A DNA stretch of 64,000 nucleotides from Parasitella parasitica NRRL 2501 (GCA_025201805.1 MU619274.1:129279-193278), one strand, 5' to 3'. Counted from the stretch's first letter, positions 10,205 through 23,775 are shown. The notes: generated by a model not told the origin, from the letters alone. Numbers and translations: made by a program.

Positions 10205-12988
10205 ATGTTGAGGGTTTTGGCTCGACAGAGCATCCGACAGATGCCAAAATGCAAACCCATTCGGTCAATAGTAACCCGACATAAGCATCATCTGCCTTCG
10301 ACGGCATACGCTTGTGCAATGCCTCTGGCTGACCAGGGTAAAGCAAACGGCTTTGAGCCCATTCTGGTCAACACTGAGCGGCTCGTGGAACTTTCCAAGA
10401 TCAATCTCGGTGATTACGTAGAAGCATTCAGGTAAGACGCCAACATGGAGTTAAAAGCTGTCTATTGACATTGTTCATGGCACGGCGATAGAAATGGACA
10501 GTACAGTGGCATGGTTGTAGGACAGAAGGGCACCAGTGGTGGTTTACAGAAATTGACACTGTTACTCCGCAATGGCAAAACGACAACAATCCGCAGTGAC
10601 AATGTTGCCTTCTGCTTAGAGGGCTTTGCCGGGAGCCAACAAGTATCGCAGACAGTGACAGAGCCCACAAACTGGAGGGATGTGGATGCTGACGGCCTTT
10701 TGCAAAACGTTCCGTCTGCTTATAGTCGGGCAATCCAGCATTACCAACGCACGCTGACCATGCTGAAGGGCTCCTCTCACCAAGGGCTGACGCAGCTGTA
10801 CCAGCAGTTTGCTAAAAGGGACACTGAGACTGAAGCCTCTCTGGATGAATTGGCGTCTGTTGCTTTCAAATCGGACAAGCCAACAGTGCTGCAGCGACAT
10901 GTCACTTTCCTCCATTTAGTATCGGACAATGTTCATTTTATACCTACGAGAGATGTGCGCGGATCAGACAACTGGACAATTCGGCCAGAAGTTGAATGCG
11001 ACAAATTAACACGCATCATTGAATCCATCCGTCGCCGCGACGCCTCATACACAGGCTTCTTGTCTCGAATGAAAACACTCGTCGGATTCTATCAGACGCA
11101 CGCAGACCCAGTCTTGGGCACTTTTTCGCAAACAGCCCTCGACTTGGCGCCTTCGGTAACAAGCGCATTGACGAAATCCGACAAGGAATACATCAATTTC
11201 GTTGTAGATTGGATTCGATCGCCCAAAGTTGTCGTGGATTCGCCCTACAAAATATTTGTTCCCAACATGCTGAAAGCCTTGAAATGCTACGATCAGCTGT
11301 TTTACGATAGAGCGCTCGCCGTGCGTTTTCTGAGGGAGGTCGGCATGTTCAAGCCGTGGGACAACGTTGGACTGCTGGAGGATGCAAAGGTTGCAGAAGA
11401 GTTTGTATGGTCAAAGGAATCACAAGACAGCGACAAAAAGATGGAGGCGTACTCTGCTGCCTTTCTGTCAGGCCAACCCACAGATAGCGACGATAGGTTT
11501 GCATCGATTCGACACGATTTTGGAGATTTAGCAGTGTACACAATCGACGACCCCTCTGCTAAAGAAATCGACGATGGCGTTTCCATCGAGCATATTCCAG
11601 GGGACGACTCGGCATGGCTTCATGTGCATATTGCAGACCCAACTACATTTATCGAGCCTACGAATGAGTTGGCGCAACTCATGCAACAAAAGACGCAAAC
11701 GCTCTATTTGCCAGAGCGTCATTTCCCTATGCTGCCCGAGGAACTATCGTCCAAAAAGTTCAGTTTAGGGTCTACGGCCCATACAAACAAGAGCGGATCA
11801 CAGTGCGCATTGACATTCAGCACACGTATGGATGCAAAGGGAAATTTGATCGATTACAAGGTGCGCCCTAGTCTTGTCAAGAATGTAGTCAAAGTATTCT
11901 ATGACGATTTGGACACTATGCTGACACCCGTAGCCACTGCCCCCCGCGACCCGCTCGTTGACTTGACTAGGAGCTTCTCGCATCCGTCCAATGATGCATT
12001 TGCCCTCAAGGACAGTCGAAACCCAGAGAACAAGTCGACTGTGCCTGAAAGCGCTAAAAAGGACTTGTTTGAAATCTTCCAGATGACCCAAAGACACAGC
12101 ATGTTGCGAGTGACGAACGGCGCCATCAACTTTACAAAGCCGTCTCCAGTCATCGAGATATCACCCGAGCCACTGGATCTGCCTCAAATCCAGTTCACAG
12201 CGCCCAGCTATGTGTCTCACTTGCCTGCTGTGCGGGTGACGCTGGACAAGTCGGCGTTTTCACCGGCTCGCAAGATGGTTGCAGAAACCATGATTATGGG
12301 CGGGCGCATTGCTAGTCAGTTTGCACACGCACACAGCATCCCACTGCCATTTCGTGCTCAAGTCTGGAACCCTGACGCATCCAATGCGCAGTGCCGTCTA
12401 AGAGAAGAGTTGCTAGCAAGCCGTGATCCCATTTCCGGGACGATTGGGATCCAAGAGATGACAAAATACATGTCTATTCTGCCTCCTACCACTGTTACCA
12501 CTCAATCCAACTTGCCGCATGTGGTCATGGGCATCCAAGACGGCTACACTCGCACCACATCACCGTTACGTCGATATATGGATATGGTGGTCCATTGGCA
12601 GCTCAAATCGCACTTGATGGGCCAGCCATTGCCGTTCTCCAAAGATTATTTGCAGACACTGGCATCACGCGTCATGAATCGAGAGAAGCAGCTTAGTCTG
12701 CTGCAGCAGAGAGGCATACAATTCTGGGTGATTAGTTTGCTGGATAGGATGCGCGTCGATGGGTTTACAGATCGCATGGAGTGGAACTGCATCATCAATA
12801 TGCCCAGTCGTAATGCCCTGACAGAGTTGGGCGGAACAATGGATGTAGCTTCTGGCACTCTGCTGGAACTGGGTGTTGGTGGCCGCATTGAAAAACTAGA
12901 CAGAAATGTAGAGGTAGGAGAAGTTGTCAAAGTACGCATCTCCAGTTTAGAGCCCATTTCTGGTAGAATCAACCTAGAGTTGATTTAA
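10205..12988 (+). CDS. RNase II/RNB-family exoribonuclease, probably mitochondrial (Dss1/Cyt-4-like), one intron near 10432-10491
   Basis: Arg/Ser-rich presequence-like N-terminus, catalytic IDDPSAKEIDDG, HVHIADP, TLYLPE, and TSPLRRYMD. Confidence 0.88.
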
Positions 12989-13314
12989 AATAAAATTATA
13001 CTTGTATATATTATCCTTGTCAAATTCTCAATTGCTTGTTTTGTTTTTTTTTAGGAATTGAACATCTATTTGAAAAAAAAAAAAGAGGATACGTACGGTA
13101 CCGTATAATGGTTGATAATGGAGCTTGTCTCACCACAATGAAATGTTTGTGTGGCAGCCTGGTGAAAAATAGACACCCTACAAAATGACATGTGAAATGC
13201 GCATTACATCCGGGATTTTTGCTTAGCTAAGCCCAATAAGCTGCTTATTTAAAGTCTGCTCAGGATCCAAAGCGTGTTGTGTTATTCCTCTTTCTTTTCC
13301 TTATACAACCCAAG

Positions 13315-14420
13315 ATGATGTCCTTTGCCAGCAAATTAGCCAAGCCTGTGTTCACTACACGTGGATTCTCTACTTCATCCTTATTACAAAAAGACATCAA
13401 GCACGTTACAGTTATTGGCGCTGGCTTGATGGGCTCAGGTATAGTCCAAGTTGCCGCTCAAGCCAAATACAATGTCACCATGATCGACACAACCGATGCC
13501 GCGCTCGAGAATGGCAAAAGCATTATTTCAAAGTCTCTAAAGCGCGTTGCTCGCAAGAAGTTTGCTGATGACGAAGCCAAGCAAAAGCAGTTTATAGACG
13601 AAACACTTCAGTACGTAACCTTGTCCAAGGACGCAACCGAAGCTGCAGCCAAGTCTGATCTCATTGTAGAGGCTATTGTGGAGAACATTGACGTCAAGCA
13701 AAAGCTGTTTGCTCAATTGGACAAGGCGGCTCCCGAGGACGCCATCTTCTGCAGCAATACCTCTTCACTGCCTGTCGCTCAAATTGCCCAAGCTACAAGC
13801 GATGCCCGTAAGCAACGTTTCGCTGGCTTGCATTTCTTCAACCCTGTTCCTGCAATGAAATTGGTCGAGATTGTGCGTACTGACAAGGTGACTGATCAAG
13901 TCTTTAGTGACTTGGCCGACTTTACAAAGAAGATTGGCAAGACCTCTGTTGCTTGTAAAGATACTCCTGGGTAAAATTAGATTTATAATGATCATTTTTG
14001 TTTGAATAGGAGACTAAATGCAGAATGCACACTAGCTTCATCGTAAACCGCTTGTTGGTTCCTTATATCGTGGAAGCTATGCGTATTGTTGACCGTGATG
14101 AAGCTTCTATTGCTGATGTCGATACAGCCATGAAATTGGGTGCTGGCATGCCGATGGGACCATTGGAGTTGGCTGATGTAAGTATTGTTTTGTTTTTCAT
14201 GTAATGTGATAATCTGGTCCCTAAGCAAACATTTTTTTTTTTTTTTTTTTTCGGCTAGTTTGTCGGCTTGGATACCATGAAGTTCATTCTCGATGGTTGG
14301 AAAAAGGCAGACGCCCTAGATACGCCCGTTCAGGAATCCCAAATCTTGAATAAGCTTGTCAGTGAAGGCAGTTTGGGCCGTAAATCTGGCAAAGGTTTCT
14401 ATGATTATTCCAACAAATAA
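13315..14420 (+). CDS. HADH: Mitochondrial 3-hydroxyacyl-CoA dehydrogenase, two introns
   Basis: [56 protein letters not shown] and [11 protein letters not shown]. Confidence 0.93.
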
Positions 14421-14462
14421 GGGGATAATTTCTTTTTTTCGAATAAAAACTGCTAGATTTAT

Positions 14463-15855
14463 TTAATTGTATTCGACAACGGCATATTTCCCACTAAAAC
14501 GCCATTCTTGTCGAGTTGCTCTATTTTCAATATCCTTTCTGGTTTCCTCCGAAAGACCAACAACAGGATCAGCCTTGTTTGTGCGCAAGGCAATAATGTT
14601 TGTAAAGTTGTTTGCCATGGACGGGCCAATGGCCTCCTTGAATGGGGTTGTAACAGGGAAATCACAATCAAAGACCAGTTTTCTATAGTTTAAATCGCCC
14701 TTGTATAAAACGACATCAGACTCTTTCATCTCATTGAAAAGATCAGGCGCATCAGACTCCATGAACCAATAAGACAGACCAGTGCACCAGAAATCATGGG
14801 AGCGAATTTGCAGCTTGCCATCGGTGACATACTGCTCCCAACGGCGTACCATGGTCTCCAAAGCTTCGACATCCTGCTGAGACCTGTCCTGCTTTGAAGG
14901 GAAGAAGTCTCTATCCAAGCAGTTTTCAAACATCATGGGCATATCCTTGGGCATGACATCAGAGACGAACCAGGGCATCGTCTTGCAGTTAAAGACAACT
15001 TTATTAGCAATACCAGATTGCAGCAACCAATCAGCCAAAATCATATCAACAAACACTTCGAAGCCAGAGTTGTCCAACACAAAAGCGACACAACCCCCCC
15101 TGAGAGACTTGAGCTTTTGCCACAGCTTTTCGGTATCGTCCACCAGGATAAACTGTCGACGCTTGGCCAAATGATCCTTTTCAATAGCTTGCAGTCTCTC
15201 AATGTCTTCTTGTGACATGTTGGTTAGTAAGCTCAAATCAGTGGCATTGCCCCACAAGCAAACTTGTATAAGCTCATTGTACACAATTTCAAGCTTTTCC
15301 TCGGACATGGGCTTGATCAGTTCTGGCATCTTTCGAGCTAAATCAAAGACAGCGCCATGGGATCCCTTGAAGGTGTCGTTCTTTTGGCGCTCAAAGCAAT
15401 CGTAATCTGTCCAATGCTGGGAATTGTAAAAGATTTCGGCCATGCGACGATAAAGGTAGCATTCGTTAAAGAGCCAAGTACCGTTCATCCAAGTGCAGCC
15501 CTTGAAATAATCGTCTAGATGCTTGTTCCATTTGGCAGCATCAGGTCTGTCGTCTTGAATGTGTCTGAATAACATCATGTTAGCATTGCAAACGGCTGTA
15601 GTATTCTTTCTTCTTTTAATACCTTAGGGGCTTTTCATCGAGTAACTCTTGCTTGATTTCATCCAAAGCTTCGACTATTTTGCTTCCCTCTTGAGCGCGT
15701 TCGGCAGTTGCTTCTGCGATCGTTTCTTTGATATCAGCGATGGCACTGTCAATGATGATGGGCCAACGGCGGACAGTTGTTTCGTAGGCGAAACTCTCTT
15801 TATTAGTTGCTCTGAAAGCAGGGTAAGGGGGATTGTTGGGAGTAATTTTTGACAT
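14463..15855 (-). CDS. ARMT1: DUF89/ARMT1-like damage-control phosphatase, one intron
   Basis: SFAYETTVRRWP, WLFNECYLYRR, LWGNATDLS, VLDNSGFE, PWFVSD, KGDLNYRKL and LRTNKAD. Confidence 0.9.
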
Positions 15856-16199
15856 AAGTGTGCTAATGTTTCTCAAAGACAATTTATTTCCCAGCACATT
15901 TATATACAAGACACTGCGTGGGTTTCACGAGGCGACAGCTAAAATAACATAGAGTTTACCGCAGAGATGAGACCAAGACACAACTCCATTTACAAGAACC
16001 GATGGCATTCTTAGCTCCACTTTAGTACAGAGGTGTCAGCAGCTGTGTCTTTCGTGGATTCGTCATCGACCATATCTGCAGCATCTACAACTATACTCGC
16101 CCGTTTACCATCATCCGATAAGTCTCTTTTTTTTTTTTTCCCCTTCATTCTCACAGATGATGTTAGTCATCATATGAGTCATTTATACTATAAACTATA

Positions 16200-18138
16200 A
16201 ACTTGCTTGACTTTTTAGCAAGCACAATGTGTCTACCATTGAAGTTTACGCTGTATAAGACCTCATATTCCATCCAAGGTTGCACACTAAATTTTATCAA
16301 TGCTGCCTCTCTTTATTTGACAGGAATTGTGCTATGGAAGCAATGATAAAAGGCTGCAAAAGATAATAAAAGAAAAAATTACTAGATAGGCTTTATTGGG
16401 ATGTTCATTTATTTCGATAAATTCATAAACTCCAGAGGATTTCGACCAAGCAACACTCACAGGTGCGTAAATTTCGGTGCTGATTGCTGTGTATCAATTT
16501 TATTAATATCTACGGTAACATGTTTTGATAACCAAGTACAAACCTCAACAAGAGATGAGTCACCTAGTATTTTAGTGTCTACAACTAGTTTATTATTTGA
16601 TTTCTGAGATGAGTTTGCGGCAATTTCTACTGAGGATGTTGTTATACCACTGACGTGGTTCTGTTTCTGAATGCGAAATGAAGGTATTGAATCGAGTAAT
16701 GCATCGGATGGTGGATCAATGTATTTTCGTGTGACAGTTGGTAAGGGTATATAGTCAGTCTCTACAATTCCAGGGCGTTCGATGAATGGCACGTACATTG
16801 CCGAATAGTTGAATCTACCAACATGACATGTATTAGGTTAAAAGTAAAAGTATCATTGAGCCAGGACTTACGACTCCTGTAAAAAAAAAAAAAAAAGGGA
16901 TACAGTTAGCACATACTACTTTTATTATTGCTATATACACAGAAAAAGCCTACCGATTTAATGTGTTTTCTTTCCGCAGATAAATGATTGGTATCTTTTT
17001 TTATTTTTGATTCTTGTTTGAAAGCTATACTCGAATCCTTTTGCTGCTGGAAATCTTTTGAATGCATTGGTAGTAGTGATGGTAACTGTTTTTGGGCATT
17101 TAAATCTGGGTTTTCATGACAGTGATGCACGTTGGGTTGATTTGTATTATTAGTCTCTGTGAAACCGGGATTATTGTTTAGGGCAGTAATCGGATGCAAT
17201 GGCCTTTGATGGAATATCATCCTATTGCTGTTGTAGTCATCTTCATCGTGGTCAATCTCTTGATCGTCATCATCATCCCTATACTTGACATCACTTGGGG
17301 TAGACGACCTTAGCCGTTCGTTGTTATGGTAATTGAAGATTGATCTTTTGCCTTTCTTGCATCTCAATGATGCATTTTTCTTATTTCGATCTTTGGATTT
17401 ATAATGAAAGTTAAATCTCTTTATGAAATCCATGCATAGATATGATGAAAAAGAATCCACGCTGTAAAAAAAGAAAGAAAGAAAAAAAAAATAGGAAAGG
17501 AAAAGAATTCAATAAAATGAAGAGTTGGAGGAACTACGTTGGTTTCACAAATACATTCGCTAAATTGAGTTAAAATTGCCGTTTTGTGCTAAATAAATCA
17601 AATCTAGATCGCGAATCACATTCAGAACATACACCCACTTGGTGCATCCATGCAAAAATACCATAAAATGATATAAAAGGGGGCTCAGTAAGCTGCTGCC
17701 ATATACGTATAAATGGACAGGTTACAGTGCCTTCAGCGCCAATTAGTGCTAAAACTCAATTTGCGCTTGTTGATTATACTGATCTGCGGATTTGATTTAA
17801 CCGAAATTGCGCTCTCAGCAATCTCAAAATATGTATTCATTATAGATCTCTCTTGGAAACTATTTCCTTAATTTCATCAGCCGTATGAACTGGTGTATTG
17901 ACCATAAAAATGTAAAATTCCCTCCTTCATCCCAGGAAATTAATTCATACAATTCCTTGTCTTTTGGATTATCAACTTTAATCCTCTTTGGTTTAGAGTT
18001 AGGTACTTTGATATTAATTACTTTGAAAAAAGTGTGAGATACCTTACGAGCAAATGGTACAGTAGCTATAGCCGGAGTGGCATTTATTGATCTTGCTGTT
18101 GTTGTCCTCTTATTTGATATCAAATACAGATTCGTCAT
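16200..18138 (-). pseudogene. Degenerate HSF-type DNA-binding-domain gene
   Basis: PFARK...VDNP...LISWDEGG.F is an HSF helix1/W motif. There is an in-frame stop at 17860, and the MHGFHK signature near 17420-17437 is out of frame with the downstream ORF. 3' boundary uncertain. Confidence 0.45.
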
Positions 18139-18278
18139 ATTTAGTACCAGCTTGTTGATTAATAAAATATTGCTAGAGATTTTTATGCAATCAATAGTTG
18201 GGGTATCTAATTAACTCACACACGAGGGTCAGGAACATACGTTAATATTTTTTATAATGCCAAATTCATCAATAACAA

Positions 18279-20366
18279 TTATTTATTTTTGCTGCAACTC
18301 TTTTCTTCCTCGTTGTCTTTTTTGCCCTGATCTTCAGTTTCTAGAAACTTCATCAGTTCCCGAACCTGATCACCAAGCACTTTTAATCTGGCATCCTTTT
18401 TATCTACATCTTTTTTTAGCGACTCGTTGTTTCTTATAAGCGACTTTGTAAGCTAAAAAGTTGGCAAATTAGTATTGTGGGAGGGGGGCATAGCCGCCTT
18501 TTCTTTTATATTTTACCAATCTCTCTTCATTTAAGTTCTTTAGCATAACTTCGTATTTGTCCTTGAAACTTGAAGCTCGTTTTTCAGTCTTCTCCTTCTC
18601 CTTCTTAGTATATACAATGGATGTATCCAATGCCCTTTTCCTTTCCATTAATTTTACTTTATAGGTTTTCGCGGCTTCGATATCTTGGTTTACTGTTCTC
18701 ATTTCATTGGTCAAGTTTGACAGTTCTGCGGTCAAAGCTTCCAATTGCTCTTCGTAATAGATACGCTGCGAGTCCAACTGCGATGTTAGCATGTAGGTGT
18801 AATCCGCAGAGATAGAGTCTAATTTCACTTCTGGGTTGCTGCTATTAGCAGCAAGGCCATCAGTGTTACCAGAGCCGCTACCGTTAGCACCAGACCCTAG
18901 CATCACATCAGCTTGCATTATTGACCTTTTCATATGGTTGCTCCCCTGAGTTGCAGCAGAGTCACTCTCGGTACGAGTAGGTAACTCGACAATAACGCCG
19001 TCAACCGTGCTTTGGATCAATTGATGCACATATCCATCCCCTAAATAATCCCATACTCGCTGTGTCTCAATTTCCAGTGCGTACAAATGGTTCGTTTCCG
19101 TAAAATGATCATAAGCATGTGCCTCCTGATACCTTCCGCAACCGATATGACCACAGACAATACAGATCCACAAGCTTTCTGATGACGAGCATTCGAAACA
19201 CTCGCATTGGATTTGCTGGTGCTCGTGCTCGTGCTCGTTGTGTGCGCTCTTTTTCATCGAGGATGCAGTTAGCAAAGGGCGTTGCGAATAGCAGCAGACA
19301 GAACACCGACTGTGTCCCCATTTATCAATACAGTAGCACTGCGTAGTATGATGGCATTGAATCTGCTGCAGACCTGTGATGCTTTCATCCATGCGTTCCA
19401 AACAAATAGGACATGTGGGCAATTCTGCCATGGCTTGCGTCTTGTGCGATAGATCTTGGCTCAATGTTTCGTCCAAGTAAGGGTAGGACTGAGCTGGTAT
19501 AGTGATCGATTCGATCGTGTTTGCTTTTAAATACACGACATGACTAATTTCTGGCTGGAGATTTTGTGAATAAAAGCAATTTCCAATGCGCAATTCCCTA
19601 CCTCTGTCATGTTGAATCGTCTTCCATTGAATTTCTGATAGCAGGCTAATGCAGATTGCCGATCTTTAAATCGAACCAATGCTGTGTATTTGTTGGGCGA
19701 AAAATCCCTAAAAGTGCAAAGGTCAGTAAAGTAGAAAGCTACTATGCATTACGAGCTTTTTTTTTTTTTCTTTTTTTACCTAATGAAGCGATAGTGTTCA
19801 ATGTGTGAATTTGCTGATCCAAGAAAGTCAGTAAAGTCTTTGAACGTCATATATGAAGGCACGGCCAATATACACAGCGTCGTGTCTTCTCCCTTGTCGG
19901 ATAATGATATATCCAGCGATTGATCCTTTGCCAGTTTGGTGTCTGGTAATTCGTGCTCTGCTAATGGGAGAAAGTCTCTATACAGATAAAGCACACCGTA
20001 GCCCAAATTTATTGTCCACTCCTCTGACTTCCTCTTCTTTTTTGCGTTTGATGTTGTTACATCTATTGCTGTCAAGTCAATAGGGCCAAACCGAAAATCA
20101 ACCTGGCCGTCTAAACTGTGATTCGCGTGAGGCTTTACAGTGTGTATCGGTGTAGGAGGAACATGCTTTTGCGCTGTCTGCAGTGGTTGAGACAATCTTT
20201 TTCTTGAAGAAGGAGGTGCTTTAGCATTGTTGTTGTTGTTGTGTCTGTAATTCTCCAGGTAATTCGTGGCTTCTGGATTAATTGCTGGAAACGGCCCGAA
20301 TAGGTCGCCAGGAAGCTCAAGTGTTTCGGGCGTGTACAAGACACATTTTAGCGTATAATAATACAT
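18279..20366 (-). CDS. ETP1: BRAP2/ETP1-like RING and ZnF-UBP ubiquitin ligase, multi-exon
   Basis: BRAP2 domain (LCILAVPSYM), RING ELPTCPICLERMD, ZnF-UBP LWICIVCGHIGCGRY...QRVWDYLGDGYVH and coiled coil LTSQLDSQR. Confidence 0.9.
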
Positions 20367-20426
20367 GGTGAAAGGGGCCTCTGAGAAAGACCAAAGGGTG
20401 AATTGGCAATGATGCGTGGTTACAAT

Positions 20427-20464
20427 TTACGTCACATAATGTGGGTTAATGCGACTTGACGTAA
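20427..20464. promoter_or_regulatory. Inverted pair of CRE/ATF-like sites in a 167-bp divergent promoter
   Basis: TTACGTCA at 20427-20434 and TGACGTAA at 20457-20464, between the BRAP2 and F-box start codons. Confidence 0.4.
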
Positions 20465-20533
20465 CAAGAACAACTACTACTACGGTACTCTTTCCCATTT
20501 CTCTTGTGTTCTCATTGCCAGCTATAATATACT

Positions 20534-22399
20534 ATGGAATCCCTACCAAAGGAGACGTTTCTCATGATACAATCATACCTCGAAATACACACTAAATTGG
20601 AGTGCCTGGTTGTATGTCGCAAGTGGCACGACTGGGTTAAATCTGATAGTCTTTACAGCAAACTTACTTTTGACAACGAGAAGCGACTAGAACGGGCAAT
20701 CCGCTTTCTGTACCATCAAAAATGCAAGCATTCAGTCAAGGAGGTTGCTATAAGATCCATTCACCTGCCAGTCCTTTTAATGACAACTTTGCCAGACACT
20801 TTTCCCAATCTAAAGTGCTTGACAATTGTGCCATTTGACAACGCTGATGAGGATCACTTTGCGGCAGACGACTTTTTTAATTTGCTTTCATTCGACCTGT
20901 CCATACAAAAATGGAGATCCCTGGAAAAGATATCAGAAACACACTACTTGCCCATCACTGTTTCCCTGTTGAAATCACCGATCCCAACACACTTGACAAC
21001 TATTAAACTCGCCTATGCTTGGGACAGCAGCTATTCAGAAGCAACAGAGGCGTCCTATGTAGAAAACTATTTTAAAGTGCAAACACTAATCAGATATCTT
21101 TACAACGCACCATTGCTGACATATCTTGAACTATCAAATATATTCATTACGCTGAAGGACATGGAAAATCTGCATGCCAATACACCGAATCTGATAGATC
21201 TGCGCCTCAATAGGTTGATGTTGTGTTTGCATACCGAAATCGAAACTGTGGTTGATGATATTTACATTGATTCAACCAAAAATGGGGTTAATGTAGATGC
21301 CATGGCAACCAATATCAAACATGTTACATTATCCACCATGGATAGTTTAACCAGCGAAGACGAATTGAACGACGCTGCCCTCATGAAATGGATAGAATAC
21401 TCTGGTAAAAAGTACACAAGTCTCAACGCTTTTTGCTTCCATAGAGCAATGGATGACACCACCAGCCCGACAGGATTTATGCTCGAAAACCCTCTGACGC
21501 TTGCCTGTCGTAATTGGCATTACCTTCAATCTTATGATACAAACATCTGCCCATTGAGCATTGAGATTTTAAAAGAGTTTGATAATCAAAGTCTGCAATT
21601 GAATCATCTAGGCATCAGTGGAAATAGAGTCACTCTGGAAGAACAGCTGCTATCTGTGCAATTATCTGATCAAGCTAAACATCTGAATTCTCTAAAGATT
21701 AGATACAGTAACGACAGCTTCCATCATCAGGAGGGCCCCAATCATAAATGGATTTCAATTATCAGTGCATTCCATAATTTGCATACGTTAGATGTGTCAA
21801 GCAGAGTTGAACAAAGTGAATATGAAATTGACATGCTGCCTATGGTTTTACGGCAGGTGCCCACTCTCAGGCATTTTTCAATTGGAAGAATGCTCGCCAA
21901 TGTCAAGATAGAGAATACACCAGCACTTACACAGCCAACTTTGCTTGAACACCTCACCATCACACGATGTGGTATAACAAATCAACAAGAGCTCAGCAAC
22001 TGCAACGCCATATTAAACAACGTCATTTCATGCTCGCCGAACCTCACATCGTTTATCTTTGAAACAGATGGCTATTACGATAATCGTCTTATCCACTGCG
22101 CCAAGAAGAAGAAGAGAAACATGGAACTCGAGCTAGATTTCAGACATCAGACCCATCTCAAGAACCTGGAAGTTAACTTTGAAGAAAGCCACTACTTCAA
22201 AATATACGATACAAGCAATGTGGGTCAATGGTATTATCAGAAACAGCTCCTTGCTGGGCAGTCTTGTTCCCGAGCGACAGATTTCAAAAAGATTTCAGGG
22301 CTGCCTCGTGGTAAACCTCTCTACACCAACATATTCTTGCGCAATACCAAGGCTTTAACTATCAATTCAAAGAGATTTATCTCGAACAAATTCGTGTGA
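20534..22399 (+). CDS. F-box/LRR-like protein (lineage-expanded Mucorales type), intronless
   Basis: N-terminal LPKETFLMIQSYL...ECLVVCRKWH F-box, followed by degenerate PNL/LxxL repeats. Confidence 0.85.
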   Translation: MESLPKETFLMIQSYLEIHTKLECLVVCRKWHDWVKSDSLYSKLTFDNEKRLERAIRFLYHQKCKHSVKEVAIRSIHLPVLLMTTLPDTFPNLKCLTIVPFDNADEDHFAADDFFNLLSFDLSIQKWRSLEKISETHYLPITVSLLKSPIPTHLTTIKLAYAWDSSYSEATEASYVENYFKVQTLIRYLYNAPLLTYLELSNIFITLKDMENLHANTPNLIDLRLNRLMLCLHTEIETVVDDIYIDSTKNGVNVDAMATNIKHVTLSTMDSLTSEDELNDAALMKWIEYSGKKYTSLNAFCFHRAMDDTTSPTGFMLENPLTLACRNWHYLQSYDTNICPLSIEILKEFDNQSLQLNHLGISGNRVTLEEQLLSVQLSDQAKHLNSLKIRYSNDSFHHQEGPNHKWISIISAFHNLHTLDVSSRVEQSEYEIDMLPMVLRQVPTLRHFSIGRMLANVKIENTPALTQPTLLEHLTITRCGITNQQELSNCNAILNNVISCSPNLTSFIFETDGYYDNRLIHCAKKKKRNMELELDFRHQTHLKNLEVNFEESHYFKIYDTSNVGQWYYQKQLLAGQSCSRATDFKKISGLPRGKPLYTNIFLRNTKALTINSKRFISNKFV

Positions 22400-22838
22400 T
22401 AATAAAAGTATCTATCTTTACCCACATTAAAATGCTGTCGACGTCACTTGCAGCCTCAAAACCAGCAGCTTCTTATTTGAAGATGCCTTTTCGAACCTGG
22501 TTTAAAAAAAACATTGAAGGTCCCACTTTCTTTTTCTATTTTTTACAGTTTTTTGTTTCATTATAGTGAAGACTCACGACACCCTACTCGTAAGTGAACA
22601 AGAGATACATTCTCGTATATATGAACAATGGGAATCGCAAGCGATACTAAATGCCGTCTTTTTTTTTTCTTCATCAATTGTACACATTCAAATTTCTGTA
22701 ATCCTTCATCATTTTTCAACTACCAACAATCACTAATACAACTCGATCTTTCTATTCAATTCAACCCAAATTGCCGCTCTGAATGATCTCGTTGACTTTT
22801 TCATTCATTATATCAAATCTTGACTTTGCAGACACATT

Positions 22839-23520
22839 ATGCCAGTTAAAGATTTCAATACTCCTTATCCTGTTATTGACAGCGACCCTCATTTCAGCCG
22901 TGTTGTTCGTTATATGAGACCCACAGATTATGCTGCTTGGGCTGCAGGCACCGCTGCTGCACCTGCTCTATTATTAGGAATGGGTAATTTGGATTTTGAC
23001 AGGCATTAAGCCATTCTAGATATTCACGCAAAATGATAGAAAAAATGGATCCCGTTGGCCCTCTTCGCAACATGCGCCTCCCACTCCGTATCGCCACTGT
23101 TTTTGGTGCTTTTGGCGGTTTCTTGTATGCTTACCAAACCAGTAGTCGTAAGTTTATGGTTTATCGCTGAATTTGTCGGATGTATTGACCTCCCCATCAC
23201 ACACACATCATTAAACAGTTCGTTTCTGGGGTTGGACTGAAAATTCCGCCGAGGTCGCCAAAGATCAAGCTGAATTAAGTCAACTTGCAAAGGAAGGAAA
23301 GCCCTTGTATGGTGAAAGCTACATGCCTGAGCATATTCAAGATGCTTCCGCTAGAAACTCTAGACATTCACAACTGAAGTTTGGTAAGTTCTTAATCTTT
23401 TGGATTATATGTAAAATGTTGGATTTTAACATCACTTTGGCAGGTGCTATCCCATGGTTCAACTTTGCAAATCACAACAACCATGGTGTTGATACCTCAA
23501 AGTATTCTGAATCTTCTTAA
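22839..23520 (+). CDS. NUXM: NADH-ubiquinone oxidoreductase 21 kDa subunit (fungal NUXM), multi-exon
   Basis: YPVIDSDPHFSRVVRYMRPTDY, GGFLYAYQ, RFWGWTEN, ARNSRHSQL and PWFNFANH.HGVD. Confidence 0.9.
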
Positions 23521-23623
23521 TTAACACAAAAATATACAGTAAACTCGATTTTCATATACATATTTAAATAAATTTAAAAACCAATTTTTGCCTCTGCAGT
23601 AGAACAGGATTTTTTTACAGGTA

Positions 23624-23766
23624 ACGAGCTGTCTCCACCTCCCACCCACGAAATACGATGAAAAAAAAAACTCGACTTTTGCCTCGCTACGGTAACTTTT
23701 GTAGGCCTTCCTACTAATGGGGGCGCACTGCTCGCGCCTGCTGCGGAATGTCTCGGAAAACACAAT
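23624..23766 (-). mobile_element. Helitron 3'-terminal module, second copy
   Basis: Colinear homology to 38288-38433 (ACGAGCT...TCGCTACGGT...GGGGG...GCTCGCGCCTGC.GCGG...AACACAA). It runs into poly-T and a gap. Confidence 0.7.
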
Positions 23767-23775
23767 ACCAACCCA

